A DNA stretch of 64,000 nt from Mobula hypostoma (taxonomy: Eukaryota). The notes beneath the pieces are model-generated. The model searched no databases, was not told the DNA's origin, and saw only the letters and a program-made list of their open reading frames with translations. Within the stretch, counting starts at the first letter, position 1, and every line of letters begins with the position of its first letter. Shown here one piece after another: positions 36,279-48,784 of the stretch. The DNA lies in the NCBI RefSeq assembly GCF_963921235.1, contig NC_086097.1, positions 103,542,001 through 103,606,000 of the forward strand, read 5' to 3'. A program made the translations under genes and the position numbers.

Positions 36279-37820
36279 CAGGGGTCCCCAACCTTTTTTG
36301 CACCGCGGACCGGTTTAATATTGACAATATTCTTGCGGACTGGCCAACGGGGGGGGGAGGAGGGATGCTGATCACGACTGGAATATTGGTGATAAGTCAA
36401 CTATAAGTCACTTATAAGTGGCTAATACACTCAATTTTGTTTCTAAAAGGGTTTATCTAACGAATTTAATATTAAACACACAGTGCATATTTTCCTCATA
36501 TGAATATACTGGTAAGTCAATTTAAGTCAATAGCATCATAACATTTTAAGTAACGTTTGGATATTAAACACACAGTGCATATTTTCCTTGTATGAACATA
36601 TAAAATCATTGCAACACACCAATATCGCTGAATCAGTGGGAGCCCTGGGCTTGTTTCCCTGCATCATCGAAGGGTGATGGGAGACAGTGATACTCGAAGG
36701 GGGTTCCTTATGTCCAGTCTATTCTGCAATTTAGCTTTTGTTGCATTCATTGCAGAAAAGCCCGCTTCGCAGAGATATTATGTTGAAAATGGAAGCAACG
36801 TTTTCAGTGCTTTATATTCAGCCTTGACTTTGATCCAGAATGCCGGCAGAGATGTTATGACAAACATACTTTTCAGCCCACCGTCATTTGCAAGCTCGAG
36901 GAGTTAATCTTCTTCCCTCGCTAACATGGATGATTCACCGGGGACATTCACAAATAGGTCACGGACCTATTCCTTTGCAAGTCTTGGGTCATTTGCGGTT
37001 GGGAAGTAATGCTCGAATTCTGTCGACAGTGAAGATAGGTGATCGAGCACCAGCTGTGAAAAGGACAGTGCAGCCTCAGTCTCTCCCAAAATCCCAGCTA
37101 ATGTTGGGAACATGTCAAATATGCCCCTGTCTACTCACCATTCCCACAGTTCCAGCTTGGCTTTGAAAGCAGTTTGGTTTTGAAAGGCAGAATCAATTCT
37201 TCACCAACAGTGAAAGGCTTCTTAGCCTTAGCAATACGGCCAGTCACTAAGTACGATGCTCTCAGAGCAGCAGCATTTGTGGAGGTGGTGTCTCTCAGCA
37301 CTTGCTCCTGTCCCGCTTGCTCACGTATTTTCCCGCTCAAAAAACTCAAACGGGTTTGTCTTTAAGTGCAGGGTGCTTGGACTCAAGGTGCCGAAGCAGT
37401 TTTGAGGGCTTCATTGCCTCATTAGACAGCTTGTCTCCACATATCACACACAGGGGGCTTGGAGTGTGCGAGTCACCGGTCGCAATAAAGCCATATCTTA
37501 TGTACGACTCGTTGTATTTTCTGTTGAAGGAAGCTGTCTTTTTTTTCCCACAGTCTCGGCCTCAGCTGTCTCTGTGTTATCATCATCATTAGGCCTTTTA
37601 TGTCCCCTACCACTTTTTCCACAGAAACTCTCAAGCAACATTTGTTTTTTTACTCATCGAGTAGTTGTAGGTTAATGACCGACTGATGACCTCGCGTGCG
37701 TTCAAGTTCAACAGTGGGCGTGACAGGGAATGAGGAAAGGTGCAGCTGTTTCATATAATTTCATATCGCCAAATCATATCATTTCCTTGCAGTCTGGTAG
37801 CACATGGTTGGGGACCACTG
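36279..37820 (-). mobile_element. hAT Buster/Charlie-type DNA transposon, internally deleted
   Basis: TIRs CAGGGGTCCCCAACC / GGTTGGGGACCACTG. BED finger (PLCVICG..MKPSKLLRHL..KH), IAKAKKPFTVGEELILP fused to the C-terminal part, dimerisation motif LLPFST.YLCEAGFS. Confidence 0.93.
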
Positions 37821-39486
37821 TTATTTAGGGTTCAATGACTTGGCTCCATTATCCATTAAGTATCAATGCTTGCTCATTATTACAATGTACTATTAAGTGA
37901 GTTCATAGAAAAGTTGCAATCTCTTCAAAGAATCATTACAGTATTGACTTAGTTATGATAACCCAACTGTCATGTGTCCATATTTGCAGCTCCTCAGGCA
38001 TTAAAATAACACAACCCATGCCACAGGATCTGAACAACGTTCTGCCCCAGGCTAAAGAGTGGTACAGTCACATTTGCACCATTCATCACAACCAAAAGAG
38101 AATTTATTTAGTCCTCTTTATTTTTTCAAATCCTCCAACATCAACCAAGCGGCATTCACCAATAACAAAAGCTAAAGTGGACCAGCCACATAAATACTGT
38201 GGCTACAAGAGCAGGTGCATATTCTGGGACAAATGGAACATTTAGAGTGACAAAGTCTGAAGTCAAAAGAAGAATGGAATCGCTACTCTCCATTTGATCA
38301 GCTGAGTGCAGTTCCAACAACACATGAAGATCAACACCATCCCACATTAAAAATCCACTAGATTAGCACCACATCCAATCAACCACTCAAACATTTTCTC
38401 CTTTCACCCCAGTCCATGGTGGTTACACTGTGTGTCATCTACTGGAAGCTCTGTAGAAACCTAACAAGGCTGTCTCTAAACTTTTATTCTCTATTACCCA
38501 GAAAGGCAGAAAAACAAATCAGCATCTACATGTTTTGCCCCACCCCACCCCAGCCAGCCAACTACACCCCACTCCCTTCCCTCATCAAGACCACTGCTTA
38601 TGGCTGAGCCTTTGTTGTCATGGAGTGAATTGCTGCAACAGTAGGGTAGTAGGAATTTAAAAACAGGATCTGAAGTGGTTGGACAAGGCAGTAAGTGGTA
38701 CATGCTGGGTGGGCCAGAGATGGTCACATTAAATTAATCATTTTAAAATGACGACTTACAAACTAAATAAATCAGATAGTTGAGGGGCAATTCCTCTCAC
38801 ATCACTCTATATTTGAAAATAAAAGGAGGGTAGGGAATAAAATACTACTATTCAGCTTAATAAGCTTTCCTTGCTAACTGCATTGTCCCACTACACTTAT
38901 GGCAGAATAAATACTGTTACTGATCCAGACTCTTCTGATAAAAGTCATCAAGCTGAAATGTTAACTTGCTTTCCCTTTTTTAAAAATCTTTACCCTGTCT
39001 CTTCTGTTCAGTTTTTCCAGCATTTTCTGTTTGATTTCAAATCCACCGAAACTAGATCCTGATCAGGAGCTGGGATGCCAGTGTTCCAACTTCCTAACCT
39101 ACTCCATTCTCCATTGGCGCATTATTCATGGATTCCATGATCAAGTCCTTTAAAGATACTTCTCCTGCAAAAAAGATTGAGTGCAGATTTTCCTTTGAAT
39201 TCTCAGGAAGTTCAAGGCTGTATATTCTTTTGAACAAAATGCCTCCAAATTCCAAATAATAGAATGATAGACCAACAATCTGGGTAGTACTCTACAGATC
39301 ATACAACATCTGTGGCTAGAAAGGAACTGTTGACATTTTTGGTCCAAACCCTGCATCAGGACATGCAGCCCTGCATCCATCCATGGAATGGTAGAGACCT
39401 GTCTTACTCCAAATTATAAGGAAATATTAGGCAGCTACACCATCAATTGTAAAGCACATTTATTAATTAGTGTATTGGGAACTTAC

Positions 39487-39569
39487 AGCTCTCCTTTGCC
39501 TCAACTTTGCAGCTTCAGTTGGATGATTAAACCTGAACTTATGCACTTTTCCCAAAACTATGATAGCAC
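39487..39569 (-). CDS. STARD9: STARD9 internal exon, FHA C-terminus: (G)AIIVLGKVHKFRFNHPTEAAKLRQRRA
   Basis: ttatttttcag| acceptor, |gtaagt donor; 83 nt, phase 1-0, in frame with the previous exon. FRFNHPxEAA is the kinesin-3 post-FHA motif. Confidence 0.95.
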
Positions 39570-39583
39570 CTGAAAAATAAATG

Positions 39584-39649
39584 ATACTTTATACTTTATA
39601 CTTGCCCAACAATTGATACTAGAATGTACAATCATCACAGCGATATTTG
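39584..39649 (-). mobile_element. 66-bp LINE 3'-tail insertion
   Basis: Tandem tail (AAGTATA) repeats on the minus strand; 7-bp TSD ATAAATG (39577-39583, 39650-39656). Confidence 0.72.
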
Positions 39650-40546
39650 ATAAATGTTGTCATTATGATAAAACACATTAAGTTGAGTAAGATTCTCATT
39701 CTAGGCCCATGAACAACACATGCAGAATTACCTTGCCATAATGGGCTTGTGTGGATTGGAGTTCACAAGAACAAGAGATGAAACAGATTCTGTGTGGGAT
39801 TAAGAAGGTGGATGCTGAGATTTCTCCTCATGTGCAGGACAATCTTGAACTAAGTCGCATAGTTTTAGATTAAAGGTAGCCTATTTGAAATTGAGATATA
39901 GAGCAATTTCTTCTTTTGGAGAGTCATGACTGTGGAATTCTTCATCCCAGAGAGCAGTTGAAGTGCTGTAATTGAATATATCCAAGGTGGAGACTGACAG
40001 ATGTTAAAAGTACAAGGAAGTCAAGGGGCATAAGGAGGCAGGGAAAAGTGGTGTATAGCAGAGATTGGCTTAGCTATAATCTTGTCCAATAGTGGGGCAG
40101 GGCCATCTCACCATCGGCTTTTACTTAGTTTTATAGAGAAATGGGGACAAATTAGTGACAGTGTGACTGAACAGTCTAGACAGCCAAGGAAGTGAAAAAC
40201 AGAAGAAATATTGGTAAGAAAATATTTAGAGTAGAATTGAAAGGCAGATATAATGGACAGGAATCAAAAGGAGATCAAGTTCATCAGACAGAGCAAGCTT
40301 TAAGGAAGATTATGCTAAAAAGAACCCTTATCTTGTTTCCTAACATCAGTGCTTGTACTGGTACACTGTTGTATTTTTCTACAAGTCCTCAAGCCCAGTG
40401 CGGGTGTGGGATCAAGTCAGTGGCAAAATTATTTGCCCTAGGTAATAATGATCTGAATTCTTTGCCAAGAGCAATCCGTGATTAGAATAACATATTCTGC
40501 ACATAATTAATTAGATACATCAGTGGTACAGTAACAACTCCATTAC

Positions 40547-40684
40547 CTTGTGACAAATGACATGCGTGGACAACATCCAGTTCATTGACAATGCACTGTG
40601 ATCCTCCAATTGGTTCAAGTATCACCACACCATTATCATTGCGAATGATACAGTGTTCCTTCTCTACCCATGGACCCTGCAGAA
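40547..40684 (-). CDS. STARD9: STARD9 internal exon, FHA domain: (V)LQGPWVEKEHCIIRNDNGVVILEPIGGSQCIVNELDVVHACHLSQ(G)
   Basis: Minus-strand tctcag| acceptor and |gtaatg donor; 138 nt, phase 1-1, open frame. Kinesin-3 FHA motif LQG-W-E--HC-I....C-VN....L-QG, resembling human STARD9 as recalled. Confidence 0.92.
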
Positions 40685-41214
40685 CTGAGATAATGATAAC
40701 AATTGTTGGTGTAAAAGGTGTGCTCTCAGTTGTTCTTCACCTCTCACAAGCTTATTGCGAGGTACAGACTAACACATGAAACCTGAGCAGCTGTGGATAC
40801 AAAATCCCGTCATCACAGCAAGGATACTCTCCATAAATATACTGGATAGAAGAGACACAAACACATCTGGCAGCTCAAAACTGGGCACTGAAGAGGCTGT
40901 AGATTATCCTTATTAGCAGGAAAGGTTTAGCTCCACAATTCTTAATTTTATGGCCTGCTACATCCTTACCCAACCATAATACAAGCAGGGAACCAACCCT
41001 GGTTCAGTGAGGATTTTAGAAGGACATATTGGGAGCAGATGTAGATACACCTACAAATAATGAGGGTCCAGCCTGGTGAAACTGTTACTGTTTCATTGTC
41101 AAACTGATACATCGCCAGACAGCTAAAACAGCATGTAATACATAAAATTATATCTCAACCAATGGATCAGACAGAAGTTTTACAGTCTTACCAAATATTG
41201 TTGCAAATAATGAA

Positions 41215-42160
41215 TCATTAAACAGCCAAGTGGAGTAGGTAACTCTAAGAATATCCCCAACCCCAATGGAGGGACCTAGCACAGGAGTAGTAGAGCCAAG
41301 GCTGACGCATATGCTACTGTATGCGGAACTTTCTCAGCTTCCTTCTGAGATCTCCATCATCACAGCAGCCAGTCTTCTACCAATTTGCTTATGATACCAA
41401 GAAGTGGTTGACAGCACTGAGTTATAGCAGAAGGCTATGAGACGAGACAACATCCCAGCAATAGGGGCAATCTGTGCTTCAGAATTAGCTGCAACCACAG
41501 TCAAGTTATTTCAGTGCAGTTACCACCGACAGCTGCACTCAACTGTTCACACAAAGCAGGAGAAATCCAATCTAGCTAATTATCAACATCAGCAAAGCGA
41601 TGGAAGGCATCAGCTTTCTAATAACAGTATCACCAGACTCAAACATGGACTGAAGTGCTGAGTTCCAAAGAGTAAATGAGGGTGACTGCCCTTGATGTCA
41701 AAGCAGGATTTGACTGAGTGAGGCTTCAAAGCACCTGATAAAACTGTGGTGAATAGATAGCCAAGTAAAAACAGTTCAGTGGTTGGAGTCACACCTCACA
41801 CAAGAGATGATAATTCACCTCTCCATCGATCATCCTAGCCCCAAGATATAACTGCAGGGTAACTGAGTGTCCTTCTCGCATCTTTCTCTGCTTCATCTCC
41901 TCCTCCTTACTATTCTGTGATGAGGAGGAGATATCAGCTGATAATTGCAACATGCTCAATTCCATTTGCAATACTCAGCTTATCAAACTGCCATTATCTG
42001 CATGCAGCAAAACCTAAAAAACATTCAGACATGAGCTGAGAAGGGGCAAGTAATGAAGTGCCAGGCAAGGACCACCTCCAACAAAAGACAACTTAACAAT
42101 GACATTCAATAGCATTATCATTGCTGAGATTTCCACCATCAACACCCTAAGGCACACTAG
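41215..42160 (+). mobile_element. Degenerate fragment of the same LINE family as 47499-53753
   Basis: CASELA...KLFQCSY is collinear with CAPELA..KLFQYSY at 50643-50852. Confidence 0.7.
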
Positions 42161-43051
42161 TGAGAAACACAACAAAAGCAGGATATCCTTGTTTGAGTAC
42201 ATGTTTCTTTCAACAAGCTCCAAAACCTGGGCCTCTGCACCTCCCTCTGCAACTGGATCCTTGATTTTTGCATCGGGAAAACACAGTCAGTGCAGATTGG
42301 AAAGAACATCTCCTCCTTGTTGACAATCAACAGTGGTGCACCTCAAGGATGCGTGCTTAGTCCATTACTCTACTCTTTCTACCCTCATAACCGAAAGGCT
42401 AGGTACAGCTCAAACATCATATATAAATCTGCTGATGACACAACTATTGTTGGCAGAATTTCAGATGGTGACAAGGAGGCGTACAGGAATGAGATATATC
42501 AGCTGGTTGATGGTGTTGCAACAACACCAACTTCGCACTCATTGTAAGACCAAGGAATTGATTGTGGACTTCAGGAAGGGAAAGTAGATAGAACACATAC
42601 TAATCCTCATCGAGAGGAAAGAGTGAGTAGTTTCAAATTACTGGGTGTTAACATCTCTGAGGATCTAAACTGGGCCCAACATATTGATGTAATCACAAAG
42701 AAGGCATGACAGTGGCCATATTTTGTTAGGAGTCTGAGGAGGCTCCCACACATTTCTACAGATGTACAATGGAGAACATTCTAACTGGTTGCATCACCGT
42801 CTGGTATGGAAGGGTCATGGCACAAGATTGGAAAAAGCTGCAGAAATTTGAAGATTCAGTTGTCTTCATTGTGGACACTATCCTCCCCAGCAGTAAGGGC
42901 ATTTTCAAAAGGTGCTGTCTCGAAAAGATGGTATCCGTCATTATCAACCCCCATCACCCAGTATATGCCTTCTTCTCATTGCTGCCATCAAGGAGGATGC
43001 AGATGACCCTGAAGATACACTCAATGTTTTAATAACAGCTCCTTCCCCACC

Positions 43052-45643
43052 GCCAGCCCTCTAATTTTCTGAGGTCCATGTACCTATCCAGGAGTCTCTT
43101 AAAAGACCCTATCATATCCGCCTCCACACCAACGCCGGCAGCCCATTCCACACACACACCACTCTCTGCAAAAAAAAAACTAACTCCTGACATCTCTTCT
43201 GTACCTACTTCCAAGCACCTTAAAACTGTGCCCTCTTGCGTTAGCCATCTCAGCCCTGGAGAAAAGCCTCTGACTATCCACACGATCAATGTCTCTCATT
43301 ATCTTGTAGACCTCTATCAGGCCACCTCTCATCCTTTATCGCTCCAAGGAGAAAAGGCCGAGTTCACCCAACCTATTCTCATAAGGCACGCTCCCCAATT
43401 CAGGCAACATCCTTGTAAATCTCGTCTGCACCCTTTCAATGGTTTTCACATCCTTCTTGTAGTGAGGTGACCAGAACTGAGCACAGTACTCCAAGTGAAG
43501 TCTGACCAGGGTCTTATATAGCTGCAACATTACCTCTTAGCTCCTAAACGAGCAATCCCACAGTTGATGAAGGGTAATGCACTGTATGCCTTCTGAACCA
43601 CAGAGTCAACCTGCACAGCAGCTTTGAGTGTTCTCAGACCCCAAGATCCCTCTGATCCTCCACACTGCCAAGAGTCTTACCATTAATACTATATTCTTCC
43701 ATCATATTTGACCTACCAAAATGAACCACCTCACACTTAACTGGGTTGAACTCCATCTGCCACTTCTCAGCCCAGTTTTGCATCCTATCAATGTCCTGTT
43801 GTAACCTCTGACAGCCCGCCACACAATCCACAACACCCCCAACCTTTGTGTCATCAGCAAATTTACTAACCCATCCCTCCACATCCTCATCCAGGTCATT
43901 TATAAAGATCATGAAGAGTAGGGGTCCCAGAACAGATCCCTGAGGCACTCCACTGGTCACCGACCTCCATGCAGAATATGTCTACAACCACTCTTTGCCT
44001 TCTGGATTATGGAATAGATGGCTTTGTGGCTAAATTTGCTGACGATACGAAGATAGGTGGAGGGGCTGGTAGTGCTGAGGAAACAGAGAGTCTGCAGAGA
44101 GACTTGGATAGATTGGAACAACGGGCAGAGAAGTGGCAAATGAAATATAACGTTGGAAAGTGTATGGTTATGCACTTTGGCAGAAGAAATAAACGGGCAG
44201 ACTATTATTTAATTGGGGAAAGAATTCAAAGTTCGGAGATGCAACGGGACTTGGGAGTCCTCATACAGGATACCCTTAAGGTTAACCTCCAGGTTGAGTC
44301 AGTAGTGAAAAAGGCAAATGCAATGTTGGCATTCATTTCTAGAGGAATAGAGTATAAGAGCAGGGATGTGATGTTGAGGCTCTAAAAGGCACTGGTGAGA
44401 CCTCACTTGGAGTACTGTGGGCAGTTTTGGTCTCCTTATTTAAGAAAGGATGTGCTGACCTTGGAGAGGGTACAGAGAAGATTCAGTAGAATGATTCCGG
44501 GAATGAGAAGGTTAACATATGAGGAACGTTTGTCTGCTCTTGGACTGTATTCCTTGGAGTTTAGAAGAATGAGAGGAAACCTCATAGAAACATTTCGAAT
44601 GTTTAAAGGCATGGACAGAGTGGATGTGGCAAAGTTGTTTCCCATGATGGGGGAGTCTAGTACGAGAGGGCATGACTTCAGGATTGAAGAGCACCCATTC
44701 AGAACAGAAATGAGAAGAAATTTTTTTAGTCAGAGGGTGGTGAATCTATGGAATTTGTTGCCACGGGCAGCAGTGGAGGCCAAGTCATTGGGTGTATTTA
44801 AGGCAGAGATTGATAGGTATCTGAGTAGCCAGGGCATCAAGGGTTATGGTGAGAAGGCGGGCGAGTGGGACTAGATAGGAGAATGGATCAGCTCATGATA
44901 AAATGGTGGAGCAGACTCAATGGGCTGAATGGCCTACTTCTGCTCCTTTGTCTTATGGTCTTTCCCTGTCTCATTGGAATGTACCTGCGCAGAACTTCAT
45001 GCAAATATCCCCTGAACATTTGCCACATTTCTTCTGTACATTTCCCTGAGAACATCTGTTTCCAATTTATGCTTCCAAGTTACTGCCTGATAGCCTCATA
45101 TTTCCCCTTACTCCAATTAACCGCTTTCCTAATTTGTCTGTTCCTATCCCTCTCCAATGCTATGGTAAAGGAAATAGAATTGTGATCACTATCTCCAAAA
45201 TGCTTTCCCACTGAGAGATCTGACACCTGACCAGATTCATTTCCCAACACCAGATCAAGAACAGCCTCTCTTCTTGTAGGTTTATCTACATATTGTGTCA
45301 AGAAACCTTCCTGAAAACACCTAACAAATTCCACCCCATCTAAACCCCTTGCTCTAGGGAGATGCAAATTGATATTTGGGAAATTAAAATCTCCCACCAC
45401 AACAACCCTGTTAATATAACACCTTTCCAGAATCCGTTTCCCTATCTGCTCCTCGATGATCCTGTTACTATTGGGTGGTCTATAAAATACACCCAGAAGA
45501 GTTATTGACCCCTTTACATTCCTAACTTCCACCCACAGAGACTCCGTAGACAATCCCTCCTCGTCTTCCTCCTTTTCTGCAGATATGATACTATCTCTGA
45601 TAAACCGTGCCACGCCCCCATATCTGTTGCCTCCCTCCCTGTC
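43052..45643 (-). mobile_element. CR1 LINE with internal deletion (EN remnant joined to RT and 3' region)
   Basis: ORF 45080..45685 (YRPP, VVGDFNFP, SDHN) and 43634..43960 ([15 protein letters not shown]). Confidence 0.88.
44005..44960 (+). mobile_element. 5'-truncated CR1 nested in opposite orientation
   Basis: ORFs 43969..44385 and 44395..44874 are in frame and separated by one stop; near-identical protein to 15918..16526. Confidence 0.92.
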
Positions 45644-45735
45644 CTTTCTGAATGGACAATGAACCCATGTACACTGCCTCCCCATTTTTTTCTTTTATTA
45701 TCTTTTTGCACTATTAATTTAATTTTTTCATTAAA

Positions 45736-46493
45736 CAGTGTACTCTGGTTAATTGCACCAAGGGTAAATCGGGGCAGCCACTTATTTGGGACAACTTTTA
45801 AAGAACAAAAAACGAATTGAGAAAATAGGTGGGTTCCCTTTGTCTATTTGGGACACTATGCCATTTAATTAGGACAGAAGACTGTTGCTGAACAGTTTCT
45901 AACTAGCATCAGTCACGGACACTAGTGTGGTAGTCATACACTACACTGTAGAGCAGCGTAGAGCAAACGGTTTTTAAATAGTGTCATTTGTGTGTGTTTG
46001 TGATTTTTTTTTCACTGATAGTTGGAAAGAAATAAGCAGCAAGATAAGTCAGAACTGTTTTGCTCACTGCTATTTCAAGTATTCAGGCTTGGAGATGACA
46101 GAAATGGCCAAGAGTGAAAAATGAAATGATTTCACTACTTCAGCAAGTTAGAAACTACAAAGAATTTAAAGGTATTGACAATCATCTTGAATGTTACAAT
46201 GAAAATGAAGATTTAGAGAATGCAATCATTAAAAGCATTGCCCATTATCTGCACTAGGTATCTGTGCTAATTTTGCTCATTTACAGTCAATCAAAATAAC
46301 ATGGCATATATTAGTAGTATTCTAATTTGTTTTGTATTTCCTTTAAATCCAAAATTTGTTACCCTGTTAGATGGTAGCTTGTTTTTTTATATACATTTTT
46401 AACTATATTCATGAAACTAGCTAATTAGGGCAGTCACTTGACTGGGCCAAAATATACTTGTCCTGATCTGTCCCAATTAACCAGCCTCCGCAG
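45736..46493. mobile_element. Tigger/pogo-like MITE
   Basis: Imperfect TIRs CAGTGTACTCTGGTTAATTG / CAATTAACCAGCCTCCGCAG; TA on the right flank (left flank is AA); interrupts a LINE 3' UTR. Confidence 0.72.
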
Positions 46494-48784
46494 TATATAT
46501 ATTTCTTATTGTAACTTAGTTTTAATTACGGATTTCAATACACTGCTGCTGCAAAACAACACATTTTACGACATATGCCAGTGATACTAAACCTGATTCT
46601 GATGACTGTTCTGGCTCCCAGTAGAGCGAGATGACCTTGCCAATTCTGAACTATCCATGCTCATTGCTTACTATTTGCTGGATTCACCAGCACTTCTCCA
46701 TCTGTTCTTTAAAACATGGATCTCCCTTCTGCAGCTTGGCCTGCAGGTTGTTTAACCCCTCTTGAGGGATAATGGCATTTCTTTGCACTTGCAATTACTA
46801 AGTTCCTGGATCTTCTAGTTGCTTCTCATTGTGTTTCTTGGTAACAACAAACCAAGAAACTCATTGCAGGTGCTAAATAGAGACATGTGGCACAGAAGTA
46901 GGTCCTCCAGCCCACCATGTCCATGCTGACCCTCAAATACTATCAATCGTAATCCCACTTACCGATACTTGGTGCACATCTTTCTGAGTGTTGGCATTCA
47001 ATTGCTCATTTAAAAGCTTCTGAAATGTTGTGATCTGTTCCTGGTATCAACTCAGGCAGTGTGTTTAAGAAAACAAATTAATGTTGAACTTCTGGACATA
47101 CCAAATACTGCTGCTCTTGTTGGCTAAGTGTCACCAGGAAATTTTAATACCAAAATGACATGTCTCTGGTTATTCACAACAGTTGCCTGTATATTACTGC
47201 TCTGAAGAAAATTTGATGCTTTGCAAAATACAGACTTTACACTCAGTTCCTGTACCAGTACCAGTAATTCAGCAAGAAATCCTGAACACACATTTTAGAA
47301 AGTTTAGTCAGTTGTAATTGAACAAAAGCATTCCTTCTGAGCAGTGTTTTGGGGGGCGGGGGATGTGGGGAGGTTATGATCAGGGATGCAGTGTCCTGGC
47401 TTTATTGTGATTGCTTCAATCTGAAAATCCTGAGTAAGGTTTTGCGAATAGCATTCACACTTAATGTGCTGGAACTAATACATTGGAGAACAAAGATCTG
47501 GCGCAGTGGTAATTACCACTGGATTAATAATCCAGAGACCTAATTATAAATTGGAGATGTGAGTTTGAATCCCACCATGCCAGATGGTGAATTTGAAGTC
47601 AATGAAAATATCATGATGATCATGAAACCATGATGGTCCTTTAGGAGAGGAATCTGCCATCCTTTCCTGGTCTGGCCTATACGTGACTCCGAAATGCCCT
47701 CTTAAATGGCCTATCAAGCCATTCAGTTGTATCCAACTGCTAAAAAAAAATAATAAGGAATGAACTTGGACAGACAACCTGGCATCAACCTAGGCACTGG
47801 AACCGACAACAGCAAACCAGCCCTGTCGAATCTGCAAAGTCCTCCTTACTAACATCTGGGACTTGTGACAAAGGTGGGACAGCTGAATCATAGACTAGTC
47901 AAGCAACAGCCTGACATAGTTGTACTGACAGAATTACACCTTACAGTTCACATTCCGGACTCCACCATCACCATCCCTGGGTATGTACTGTCTCACCGGC
48001 AGGACAGACCTAGCAGAGGTGGTGGTTCAGTGGTATAGAGTAGAGAGAGAGTTGCCCTGGCAACTCTCAATGACTCTGGACCCCATGAAGTCTCATGGCT
48101 CCAGGTTAAACATGGACAAGGAAACCTCCTGCTCATTTACCGCGCACCGTCCTCCCTCAGCTGATGAATCAGTATTTCTCCATGTGGAGCAGCTCTTGGA
48201 GGAGGCTTTGAGGGTGGCAAGGGCACAGAATGTACTCTGGGTGGAAGCTTCAATGTCCACCACCAAGAGTGGCTTGGTAGTACCACTACAGGCCGAGCTG
48301 ATTGGGTCCTAGTTACTAGACTGGGACTACAGCAGGCGGTGAGGGAACCAAGAGGGAAAAACACACTTGACTCATTCTCACCAACCTGCCTGCCGTGGAA
48401 ACATCTGTCCATGACAGCATTGGTAGAAGTGACCACTACACAGAACTTGTGGAGACTAAATCCTGTCTCCACACTGAAGAAACCCGCCACCGCATTGTGT
48501 AGCACTACCACTGTGAAAAATGGGATAGAATTCGAACAAATCCAGCAGCCCAAGACTGGGCATCTATGAGGTGCTGTGGGCCATCAGCAGCAGCAGAATT
48601 GTACTCAACTACAATCTGTAACCTCATTGCCCGGCATATCCCCCCACTCTAACATCACCACCAGGCCAGGGGATCAACCCTGGTTCAATGAAGAGTGCAG
48701 GAGGGCACGCTGAGAACAACACCAGGCATGCCTCAATATGAGAAGTCATCCCGGTGAAGCCACAATACAGGACTACTTGCATGC

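Larger units (their letters stand above)
42215..46602 (+). mobile_element. Rex1/Babar-like LINE 3' half split by CR1s and a Tigger MITE
   Basis: [32 protein letters not shown]. 3' UTR resumes at ~45644 and again at 46494, ending AAACCTGATTCTGA. Confidence 0.85.
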
